A stretch of 64,000 nt of DNA from assembly GCF_964188315.1 (NCBI RefSeq), contig NC_135656.1, forward strand, positions 42,408,001-42,472,000, in the 5' to 3' direction. The position numbers and the translations under genes were made by a program. The notes under the pieces were generated by a model. The model saw only the letters and a list, made by a program, of their open reading frames with translations. It made no database searches and was not told where the DNA came from. The DNA is from Podarcis muralis. Taxonomy: Eukaryota. Positions 1-11,669 of this stretch are shown here, piece by piece (the first letter of the stretch is position 1; each line of letters starts with the position of its first letter).

Positions 1-220
1 ATGGAAGAGGAAAGCCAAAGTAGCTGACTAATTCATGTGAGGTCACACAGTGTGTTGGTGGTAGAGCAGGGAGCCAAGCCCTCCTTTGAAAAAACTGATT
101 CATCTAACATAATCAAACTGAGCATAAAGGAGACTGAAAGGGGCAAAATGTGCTCTGTTATCCTGTCCCACTAGAGATCAGGGCTGCCTACATACCAGAC
201 AATTAAAGCACATGGCTTCC

Positions 221-300
221 CCCAAAGAATCCTGGTAACTGTAGTTTACCACTCAATTCCCAGCACCCTTAATGAACTACAGTTCCCAGGATTCTTTGGG
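221..300. repeat. 26-bp inverted repeat with 28-nt spacer (core of a non-autonomous DNA element)
   Basis: cccaaagaatcctggtaactgtagtt (221-246) and aactacagttcccaggattctttggg (275-300), 25/26 complementary. Confidence 0.7.
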
Positions 301-777
301 TTTTACATGTATGATGTGTACACAGCCCAGGATTATGTTCCACTCTACCCTTTTTTGGATGAATGTTAGTCTCTTGATAGAAGGTTCTGTGTTCTGATTA
401 TCTTCCAAGTCATTGGCTTATCCAGTCCTTTTAATGGTCTTGTGTTATCCCTTTGATCCACATACTGTGGCAATGAGTTCCAGTGATCATTTGCATGAAA
501 ACAGCTTGGTAAACCCTTCTCTTTTTTGATAGCTGTTACTTGAACTGAACAGGCAATCCACATACCCATTGATCGAGCTAGAACCATTATAATAGTCTTG
601 CCCCCCCCCCCAGGATTTCATGTCAGTTTACTGTATATCCCATCAAAAGGCTGCACACATTTTGAACAACAGCAGCAGCATCATAATGCCAGAGTTCTCG
701 GGCCCAGTTTGAAGATTCAGCTTACGAAAATGCTGTGATGCAGCACAATCTCTACACAAATCTGGAACCCACTAGGA

Positions 778-1062
778 CAGTGGTTCCTAATTAAGGGTAT
801 GGGGACCCCTGGGGGTCCGCAGAATGCACCCAAACAGCCCCTTATGTTGCCTCTCCCCCAACTAAATTTTTGTCATTTTTGCATGATAATATCACAAATT
901 TTATGGTGTTTTTTTTTTTAGTGTACCTAAAATCGTTTGCTTGTTAGGGGCTGCCCCACATTTTGTTCAAAAATTGCTTTGCAGAGGTAACTACCAGAGA
1001 GTTATCAACATTTTCACAAATGGGTGGGTGGTCCTCAGTAATTAGCTAATTGGGAACCCCTG
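778..1062. mobile_element. hAT (Charlie-like) MITE
   Basis: TIRs CAGTGGTTCCTAATT / AATTGGGAACCCCTG; 8-bp TSD cactagga / cattagga (7/8). Confidence 0.7.
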
Positions 1063-2072
1063 CATTAGGATGTTAAATGCTCTTTTCCCTCTGCCCCCAC
1101 CCTAGCTCCTTAGTCGTCAAAGATCCGCGCAGCAAACAGCAAGCTCTTTGCCCATTTCGAGAATCCAGAAATAAGAAATTTCTGGAAAGGCGTTTAGCCT
1201 TTCCTTTGTGCCTCCCCTCGGCCCTAGCCCAGCTACACGGCCCGGCTCCTGGGTTTGTGCCACTGGAAACAAGCAGACGTTGCTCTGGGCTGCTGCTGCT
1301 GCTGCTGCCTCCACCCCTCATCGTGGGGGAAGGATGGAAACTTTCCCCTCTCCTTGGGGAATTGGGACGTTCAAGAAAACAGCAACTTTTTTGGTCACGT
1401 TTGGAGAGAGTTCGCGGGAGAGTTCGTGTGTGGGAAAAATGCGAGGAGGCCTGGTGGCTCAACAGTGCCTAACCCGAGCCAAGCCTTCCACAGCAGTTTC
1501 CCCCTCCTCTCTTCCCCCTCGCCTGCAGCCCCCCCCCCAACCTCCGAAATCCTAAAAATAATCCGCCTCGCTGGGCCAAAACCCAGCAAGCCTACATTGG
1601 CCTCGACTGCCAAAGGAGCAACCCACCAGCCTCCCCGCCCCAGCGCTTCCCCAGAGGCGCCCAGATGTGCGCCTAAGGGGAGGGGGCAACTTCGGGAGAG
1701 ACCCATCCCGCCAAAGTCGGCCCCACCGAGGAGAGCGCGCATCTCCCCGCCTGCGTGATCCTGCGCGGCGCCACGCTGCCCTCTCTCTCTCTCTCTCCTT
1801 TCCCTCTCCGTGCGCCCCATCCTCGCCCGGGCTGGAGGGGCCGGTGGGGGGTGTTGAGTAGGGGGGTGGCGAGAGAGAAGGAGGGAGCGTGGGAGCCGAG
1901 CCGAGCCAGGCCAGGCGGGCTGGGTGCGGACCCCGCCCCCGGGCAGCGGGGTCGCCCCGCCCCGCTCGCACTCCGAGAAGTTTCCCAGGGTCCGGGAGCG
2001 AGGAGGAGGCGCCGCCGCCGCCGCGCTTTCGGTGTCCTGGTGTCTGGCTGGAGCTTCAGCGCGGCCCTTTCC

Positions 2073-2084
2073 ATGGATCTATAG
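2073..2084 (+). other. Minimal uORF (M-D-L-stop) in the presumed 5' UTR
   Basis: ATG GAT CTA TAG ends 25 nt before the NOTCH3 ATG; the TSS is unknown. Confidence 0.55.
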
Positions 2085-2109
2085 GGCGGCAACAGGACTT
2101 TAGGGGGGA

Positions 2110-2206
2110 ATGGGCTTGGCGTCCCGGCGCGGGGGCCCGTGGCGGGCATGGCTGGGCTGCAGCCTTTTGGGCATCGCTCTGCTGGCGCGCCTGACCCGGG
2201 GAGCAG
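2110..2206 (+). CDS. NOTCH3: NOTCH3 exon 1 coding part (signal peptide [32 protein letters not shown])
   Basis: ATG in strong context (gggaATGg), basic n-region then hydrophobic stretch; donor GCAG|GTAAGG; phase 1 fits exon 2; lies in the CpG island. Not in the ORF track. Confidence 0.82.
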
Positions 2207-5200
2207 GTAAGGAGAACCTCGGGGGTGTCGGGGGGGGGGGAGGACGGGACACAGTGCGCTCGCCCCTCCGGCTTCGTTAAGCCTAGCACGGGTGGGAAGA
2301 AAGCCCTCGCCGCTTCGGCCGGGCTCGATCATGGCCTCTTCGTTTCCTCTTTTCAAACTTTTCAAGCAACTTCGCCGGAGCCTCTCGGAGTCCCCTTGGC
2401 GCTCCTCGGTGCCTTGAGCCGCCATCTCCCTCCCTCCAGTCCGGGCAGCGGGTGGTGGGTGGGTGGGTGGGGGGCCCTGAAGTTATTTTCCTTGTTCCCG
2501 GCTAGATCCCCGTCCTTTTCTTTCTCTCTTCCGAACCCCCCCCCCCCCCACACCAGAAGAAGGGGAGGGAAGGGGAAAGGGTTACGGAACGGGCCACAAA
2601 GAAAATAAATGATCGTTGTTTAATTACCGATTGTGTGAAGGGGAGGGAGCGATTAGGCTGGATTGGCGGGCGGGCGGGGGGTGCTAATTCGCCGGCACTG
2701 ATTTGAGCTGCGGGGAAACAATCTTGCACTTTTTATTTACTTGAAGTAAACTTTCTCGGCAGCCAGTTTAAGCTTCCCAGCCCGGAGCGGCTGGAAAAAC
2801 CGGAGCGTGGATTTCGGATCTGGCTTCTCTCGGTCTCCGCTGTAGCCGTCGCTCTCTGTTTCTCTTTCTCGGCTCCTTGCAAAGCAAATCTTGCTCGGGC
2901 TGGCTGGCGGAGGGAGAAGCTTTCAATTTTCTATGGTATCCCATTGAGGTTTTATTGAACCGGGTATGCTGTGGAGTTTGGTTCTGCCAAAGCCTGGAGT
3001 TTGTGTAAGAGCTTAAAGGAGGAAATAAATGTTTGGTTTAACACGCCTGTTGTGCAGACATGCAAATGCATTTGGTAAACGGCATGGATTGAGAATTTAG
3101 TGCGCTTGATTGTGCAACTGGTGTATGTGAGTTTGTCTGTGAATGTGCGCATGATCGTATGTTTAAAAACGCATAAAATGCATTGCATGTGCAAGGCACA
3201 CTCGTCCTCTCTTTCTCATGGAATATATGCAAGAGGTACATACAGGAACTTATATTTGTGTAGCAAGTTTGTGTGCTGGTTTGTGTGTGTGTGAAATGAT
3301 TTGCTGGTAAGTGGGGTGGTTGTGGGTTAAGGGGTGACGCCCAGGCCTCCCTTTTTTTCCTTTGGGATTGTCATGAAATGGCCTCCTTGGAAGGCTTTAC
3401 ACCCACACTGACATTGAATTTGATGGAGCTTTTGTTGCTGCGCATTGTGTGTACAGGATAGCAAAGGGAAGGGTGTTGATGATCTGGGCAGATGTAGTAG
3501 CAGCTGTCGCCCCCTCGCACGCCCTCCCCTTTCACATTCTGCTGGATGCACAAACTTTTATTGTTGCTGCAAGCTATTCCCAAGAAGCTGCCCAAGTGCC
3601 TCTCGAGCCAATCCTGCTCTCGCACTATGTGTTCTATATCCCTGGCATGGCACTGTTGTTTCCTACCCAAAGGAGCTAAGTCTGTGGCTGGCTTCGAAGT
3701 TGCAGATCCCTGACTGTGAAACTGGGAACGCGTCTTGGAGCCATGCTAGGGAGTGCACAGCTCAGCAACTGGGCCAGCCAGTTCCCATGCTTCTGGGGAG
3801 TTGCAGTGGCTCAGTCTGCTTTGAAATTCTCCCTCCCCACCCCCACCCCCCCACCAAGCCGGCTTTTCCCCCATTTGTGCGCTTGGGAATATACTGTGAT
3901 GCAAACGGGAGATAAGATGATTTAATTGGGTGTCGTGCAGTGACTTGCTTGCCCTATGAAACGTGCAGCAGTATGCCAGGGATGAGATAATTGCAGCGAA
4001 AGGTAAATAGAACGTGGGGCTATTATTCAGCCTGGGTTTCACTCTCCCATGAAGCCACCTGACTGGTTTGGGGAAGCCGGCCTTGCTTATTAGAACGCTC
4101 CCGGCCAGCTGGTGCTCCAGTGCGTGGGAATGTGCGGCTCGTCCAACGCAGGAGGCCGGGGATATGCTGTGGATTGTGGGTGCCCGGGAATATGAATCCC
4201 CTCCTCCCCTCCCCGCCAGCTTGCTGCTTGGCTGGACATAGACAGGGCATTGTTCTTGGTTGAGCAACTCCACCGCAGTGCTGCCGAAGCCCTGGCGGTC
4301 TTGCGCCAGACAAGGGCTCCGAGCTGCTGCTTTGAGCCACACGGGAATATTTCTAATGGCTCTAGAGAATTCAAAATGGTGCGAAAGGCACTGGGACCCC
4401 TGTCCTCAAGTTTTCCCAGAACAGCATCTGAAGGGCCTCAAAGACTAGGAGGTTCAGGGTGAGGGGCCAACTCTGGTTGAGTGTTCTGAGTTTGAATTGG
4501 CAGAGTGCTGTCTTTTTTCTTCCTTTCTTTTTAGCTGTGGGCTGTATCAGATGAGGGTCATGCAAGGGTTGGGACGCCTGCCTAGTAGGACGGGCCCTAT
4601 GTGAGAGAGAAAGCAGGCCGCTTTCTACCACAGTATGCATATGAACCTTAGGGCTAGACACTTAGGCCTTGTCCACAGCAGTGTCTGCAAGCCAGACATT
4701 TTGTCTCTTCCAAAGCTGTTCCTTCTTTTCTGCTTGGCTGCGCTGATAACAATGTGATGATCTGCAGGAAAGTGCCTCACTTGATGAAGCCCTCATCCAA
4801 GGGCTGTACACATGAGGTTTTTCCACCCTGATTTGGCCTTGGCTTCCCAGAAAATGTATGCAACATGCCATGACATGAAAGATCTGCATGTGTGATCATT
4901 GTACATGTGTTTTGTCTTTGTTCTTTATGCATCTGAATTTTGTAACATATGCAGCGTTCTTAACTGGCATAGCCTTTCCCTTCCAAAACGGGTGCAATCC
5001 ATTGCCTAAAAGTGAACATTACTAAATTTCAAATGGAAATTTGTGGTTTGATTTGGCAGGAGCAGGGACTCAAATGTGAGCATTTAAATACGTGCTAAGC
5101 TTTGCCAAAAACACAAGCGCCAAGTTATGCCGTTAATTAATATACTTCAATACAAAATTGAACCTGGAGATTGGTGGAATTGATTATTTGAATCCAGTTT

Positions 5201-8200
5201 GCACATGCTCCCATCCCATCCTCTGGAATTGGGAAGGAAATCTTCCCTGCCTACGCAGTTTTCCAGATCTGATAGTAACACAGCTTTGTCATTAATGGCA
5301 CCCTCTGTGTGTATCTGAAATCTTACCCCTCCTTTTTTTTAAGCTTGTGGGGATGGCGAGACTGCAAAAGTGCAAATCTGGGTGTGTGTGTTTTTGTCAA
5401 TTCTAGGAAGAATAAATGTAATCATCCAGAGTTCTTTCCCTTGGGGCTTTTAGTTGGTGTTTTCCATTTTGCAACAGGTTTCCTTGCCTTCAGTTGTGTC
5501 TGTGTAAGGGAGTATCCTAAGTCTTGATGGTACTGAGCCCATGTCTGACTACGCAGTATCTAATCCTGCTGCCTTTCTTTGTGTTTCTTGTGTGGACACA
5601 GTGAGGAATCTCTCCCCTCACCCTCCCACCCCCTTTGTAGATTCTGTGAGCTGAAGCTGTCTGTGCACAGAGTTGTTGAGACACAGCAGCTGCCTCCCTG
5701 CTGCAGCCCCTCCAGATGCAATAGCAGGGCCAGCCGGCTGGCCATTCAACTCCCTGCCCCTTTATTCTGCCCACATTGCTAGCCAGCTAACAAAGGCAGC
5801 TGGAGAGAGCCTGGGAGCCCCTCCACACAGCCCTGCAGCACTCAGTCACTTTTGGGGGGCCAGATTCCTCGCTAACAGGTAGCCACACTTCCTTTTTATT
5901 AGCCTCAGCGGAATGTGTGTGGGTTGAAAGCAGCATCTGAGTCCCATTATATGCATGGATCCTGGTTCACCACGCTTCTGTGCAGAATGTACAGTGGTAC
6001 TTCAGGTTACATATGCTTCAGGTTAAATACACTTCAGGTTATAGACTCCGCTAACCCAGAAATAGTACCTCGGGTTAAGAACTTTGATTCAGGATGAGAA
6101 CAGAAATCGTGCAGTGGCAGTGGGAGGCCCCATCAGCTAAAGTGGTGCTTCAGGTTAAGAACGGACCTCCATAACGAATTAAGTACTTAACCCAAGGTAC
6201 CACTGTATTCAAAAGCACAGGTAACCAGTCTAAGGAAATCAGGATTGGGTTGCCTGCTGTGGACCTCCCAGATGCTTGCTTAATCACACCTGCATTCAGT
6301 TTGGGTTGATAAAAGCCAGAATGGATCAGAAATAAGTGCAAATGTTGATCACATCGTTTGGACTGAGAGCAATGGTAAACTCTTATCCTTTTCATTGTTT
6401 TGGAGAGCCTGAAGGAGGATGGCGAGGGAGAGGGGCACATTGTTGCTCCTGCTGTTTGTGACTCAAGCTGCCCCTTTTAAAAGCCAGAATTGTGCTTGGG
6501 CTATGCAGTGGTAACTTTTTTGCAGCAAAAGCCCAGTTCCTCTCATTTCTGTCCTCTGCTGGGTGTTGCTACTGCTGTCCCCACAAACATAGAAGAGCCG
6601 TAGCACAGTGGTATAGCATCTGCTTTACATGCAGAAGGTCCCTGGTTCAATCCCCAGCATGTCTAGGTAGGGCTGGAAATGCCATCCATGGAGAACCTCT
6701 GCCAGCCAGCATAGGCAGTACTGAGCTAGATGGGCAGCTTCCAATGTCTGGCAGCTTCCAATGGTCCAGCCTAGCAGTCAGGCCAAGTATATTTTCTCCA
6801 AGCAGAAGGCTTGGTACTGGGTGCAGAACTCTGCCTCCTGTGAATCTTGGTGCTCATTCTTTAAAGCAAGCTCCTAGCTTCTATGTCTGCTGCAGTGTTG
6901 AGTAGGGCTCAGCAACGCCTGGGAACATTTCAGTAACCCGGGAGAGGCTGAGTAGGGCTTCCATTGCTCAGGAAATAGGACTTTGGTGCCCCGCATAGCT
7001 GTTTCTCCCTCCCTGTGACTAAGAATAAATTATGCAAGATAGGCAACTCACGCAAATTTTCTCATTTTGCATAATTTATCCCGGTCATGATTTTCAGCTT
7101 TTCTTGGCTCAGAATTTTGTATACCTTGGCACAGAATTTTCTTTCTTTCTTTTTTTGTTAGTAACGAGTCCTGTTTATATGTGCCTGCCAATAGGGGCCT
7201 GGAATCAGTCAACCACACCCTACATGGTAACCAAGATATGTGGGTGGTACCCAAGGCATGGGCTGTCAGCATGTTAAAAGAAGATGGGGAATTGCAGGAG
7301 GTTTTTCTCTGGGACTCTTTCTTTGTCTCTGTTGCTTTGTAGGTTTTGATTCCTTTGAAAAAGGCAAGCAGTGCTTGTAACATGCATGCTTATTGCCGTG
7401 AGGTAGTGAGTGGTTTTCAAACTTTCAGAATTTAGCACAGACTTTCTCCATTTACTTATATCCTGAGGATATGGATATGGAACTCCTGAACACTATATAA
7501 AGCATAGTGTGCATGTTCTCTTCATGTGGGGGCATTGGCTAAGTCTGTTAAGCCTTACCATCAACCTACATCAATAGAGAGTATACCTTAGGGTGCACTA
7601 AGTACTTCCAGTGGCCAAGAAGTTTGTGGATAGCAGTGGACAAGGTGTCAAAGCTTCTCTGCCATTTTGGATCACTGAGAAACCCCAAGAGTTCCCCAGG
7701 TTTGAGTTTTCTGAGCTAGCCATTCACTCCACGTTGGCACTGACTCCTAGACTGGGGAGCAACTGTGGTACATTCGGGGTTCTAACTTCCATGGAAGCCC
7801 AGGAGGTCTGCATGCATAGACTTTCCTGCCATAGAGACACCCATGTTCAATGTTTGGCATCAAGGGGTAGGGAGCAGTGGGTCCACACCATTGGCTCTCT
7901 CTCCCCTCCTTTAATCACATGGAGATCGTTCAAGCAGTTAATGTGAGAAGCGGGATTGGATCTCCCATTCTGTATCGCATGCAATGCTCCCTTTGGTGGC
8001 TTGAAATGGGTTCTTCGAATAGCTATCCATGTCAAACAGAGGTCATAGCAAGGCAAAATATTCTTCCTAAAGGAAGTGTTAGAAATGCTTCAAACTCCAA
8101 GAATGAATTTGCAGGCAGACTTCCAGTTGGAGCCTCTTTGAGTGGTGATATTTTGCTCCAGAAGATGATGTATATAATGCCCTATGTGTTGACAGAACGT

Positions 8201-11200
8201 TTGGCTGAATCGCTAGAGTCTGGTCCTCCCTGACTTCACCCGTATCTAGAGCTTGGAACAGAACTTGGGAATCCTGGCTTCCAGGGCCTTTGCTCACACT
8301 CAGGAAGGGCCAAGTAGAGAGGTGCAAGCCAGATTCAGCTGTCAGCTTCAGCTGATCTGAGGACCCTTTATCAAATTTTAATTGAGACGTGGTAGCCAAC
8401 TGTGCTCGCACTTCTGAAAGGAAAATGAAGCAATGGAATTCCATGTGTACTTAATACGGTAATACATCTTCTTGGATTGCTAGTTGGAAAATTTTCCACT
8501 GCTTTTCCTTTTCCCTGAAGAAAATTTTACATTGTTTTAAGTTCATTAGTAACTGAATGGATCCTAATTGCAAATAACTATCAGGCAAACTTGGCAATTT
8601 CAAAGTTTTTAGCTTTGCTTACAAATACAAGTGAAATAAACATGTCAAAGTAGATCACTCTTATAGGGCAGGGATGGCGAGCCTCTGGATTTCTAGATGT
8701 TGTTGGACTCCAAGTCCCATGAGCCCCAACCAGCATAGTCATGACCTGAGATGATAGATGTTTCAGACCAGCAGCGTTTGGACGGCCACAGGTTCCCCAT
8801 CCCTGCTCTAGGGCATCAGAAAGTTTTCTGATGCAAATTATTGTATCCAAATGACACTAATTTGGAAAATTGTCCTATTAATAATTTCCCAGGAAACATA
8901 CCTCACTGCTGGGAAGAATTAGTGCCAACGTGCCTCTTCCAGGGACATTTGTCCCACAGCATCCTTTCCTCCCATTGGTGACCTCATACTATTGAAATGC
9001 ATGTGCTCCATCTCTGTGTTCCTCATACTGCAAACTTTATTACAGAGCCTGACTATCCTTAAGTCAGATTCTTTCAGCCCCAGCTAGTGTCAACATATCT
9101 GACCTGGTTTTAAGCCAAAGGCCTCCTGGGAAATATAGGTTTTAAAAGTGGGAATTTCCATTGGAGGAAGGGATGTTTTGCACCCTTGGACTGCCAAGCC
9201 CTGGGAGGATATATTTCTTAAGGCATTTCAAGGGCATCCTGTTCTGTGAAGGGATGAACTTGGCAAGCCTGATGTCAAGGTCATAGTAGAATAAACTATG
9301 ATGTGTTGTCAGGGGTAGGCCAGAATTCAAAAGACCTGCTCTGTAATTGATACAGTATTATGGTTTTGATTGTATATTATGGCGTAGCTACTGTGGTGGG
9401 ATAAAAACCCTAGTCTACCTCCCTTATCAGGGACATGATACTGGTCTTCATGGTATAATTCAAGTATTTTGCGGGAAGTGGTGAATCTTGCCATACAACT
9501 GTCACCTCATTCTTGCCTCTGTCTTGAAGAAACAACTTACGATAGGTCTTGCAGAATGAGAAGTCAGTAGGTAAACTGTTACAGCTCTTTGGGAAGGTTA
9601 CATTTGCAAGTTTAACATCACAGGGATTTCCTGACTGCTTCCTGCATGTCTTGCAGTGAACACTGTATTGTCCATCTGAAAGTACAGTAGTACCTTGGAA
9701 GTCGAATGGAATCTGTTCTGGAAGTCAGTTCAACTTCCAAAATGTTGGGAAACCAAGGCATGGCTTCTGATTGGCTGCAGGAAGCTCCTGCAACCAATCG
9801 GAAGCCGCGTCGGACATTCGGGTTCCAAAGAACGTTCGCAAACAGGAACACTCACTTCCGGGTTTGTGGCATTCAGGAGCCAAAATGTTTGACTCGCAAG
9901 GCATTTGGGATCCAAGGTACGATTGTACATGGAATACAGAATGGACAGAACCCAAGGAGTTCCAGTTGGTTAATCTTCATGTGTCTTCCAAGGCATGTGA
10001 GTCTCCCTCAGGCATTTGCTGTGTGCACTTATGGTGGAGATCTAGGAACAATGTCTGCCCTGCAAAGCACAAAATGTGTCCCAAATAAAGTGTGGTGGCT
10101 TGACACTTGGGCAAAAAGGGGTTTATGAGCTGTGAGTCAGTAGTGCATTCATTCCCAAGATGCTGGGCTCCTGTGAAATGCCCAAAGATCAAGCTCCATG
10201 CTAGTAACTTTGCTTCACAAACTGCATGCACAGGGAACTACAGAGGCCTATGTTTTTAAACAGGAAGGTCCAGAGTAGACAATTGTGAAAGAACAACAGA
10301 TCTTGCAGTCGTCAAGGGTTACTGCTTTCCTGCTTTACAAAGATTAAACATGGGTACTAGCCCTAGCAATCAGATCATGGTTAGCATGCTATACTAGTTA
10401 TGATGAAACCATCATTGCAAATATACAGTATATCTAGGCATGCGGTGCAATGAAAAATCCGTGGTTTCAGAGTGTAGCTAATGCTGCTTTTCTTGATTAA
10501 CAAATTGTATCTGGAGAGAAATGATGCTGTTGTTGAGGAAACAGAGGTCACTGAGACAGAGAAGCATTTACTTCTCCAAATTCTTTTAAAAGTGTCTTAA
10601 ATGCTTGAAACTTTAAGGGTGTCTTTACAAGATAAATTCTCTGGGTTTTTTCTTTCTTACTTACATGACATGTTTGATTAAAAACCCACTATTGCACCAT
10701 GGGCCAACATGTCACTAAAGATTCAGTGAGACCAGATCATCAGGCCTCAAATATTTATTGTATTTATTTTATTAAATTTATATCCTGCCCTTTCTCCCAA
10801 AGGAGCCCAGAGTGGCAAACATAGCACCTGACATCTTGGGTGAGGTGTGCTGTCCTTCATAAGATTTATTATGGACACAGCTGTGTGAGTTTGGGAAAGA
10901 AAAAATATTGCTAGCTATCATAGTCCAAATTCTGTGCTGAATCTTGCAAGCTGCATAAATTATATAAATCAAGTAAGTTTGTTTAGTTTGCCTAACTTTT
11001 GTGTTAGCTTGTAGAGAAGGGCAAGGAACTAATGCAAGGCACTGAAGCCTTAACCCCTTATTGCAGGAAAATCTAGGCTCCCCACTGCCCTCCTTCTGGT
11101 CATAATAAAGGTAAAGGTACCCTTGCCCGTACGGGCCAGTCGTGTCCGACTCTGGGGTTGCGCGCCCATCTCGCTTAAGAGGCACTTCTGGGTCACGTGG

Positions 11201-11604
11201 CCAGCGTGACGAAGCTGCTCTGGCGAGCCTGCACCAGCGCAGCACACGGAAACACTGTTTACCTTCCCACTAGAAAGCGGTCCCTATTTATTTACTTGCA
11301 TTTAAGAGTGCTTTCGAACTGCTAGGTGGGCAGGAGCTGGGACCGAACGACAGGAGCTCACCCTGCCGCGGGGATTCGAACCACCGACCATACGATCGGC
11401 AAGTCCTAGGCACTGAGGTTTTACCCACAGCGCCACCCGTGTCCCTCCTGGGCATAATACGTGGTGTTTAAAAAATGATTCTTGGTTGGTGGTTTTCTAC
11501 AAACAAGACTGAATTCTTAACTTGTTTGATTGTTTACATAGACTTGTTGATTGACAGAGCCCTAAATATTGGCCTGAGATGACCCTTGGGCACATAACCC
11601 TTAC

Positions 11605-11669
<65 letters not shown>

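Larger units (their letters stand above)
1540..2900 (+). promoter_or_regulatory. CpG-island promoter / exon 1 region of NOTCH3 (boundaries approximate)
   Basis: Very GC- and CpG-rich; GC boxes (CCCCGCCC near 1614 and 1933), inverted CCAAT near 1597, (CT)n and (CCG)n tracts; no clear TATA; encloses exon 1. Confidence 0.85.

Noticed and set aside
1073-2608. Many overlapping ORFs (up to 250 aa) on both strands at the promoter
   Set aside because: Low-complexity R/P/G/A translations expected from stop-poor GC-rich DNA; no domain recognised.
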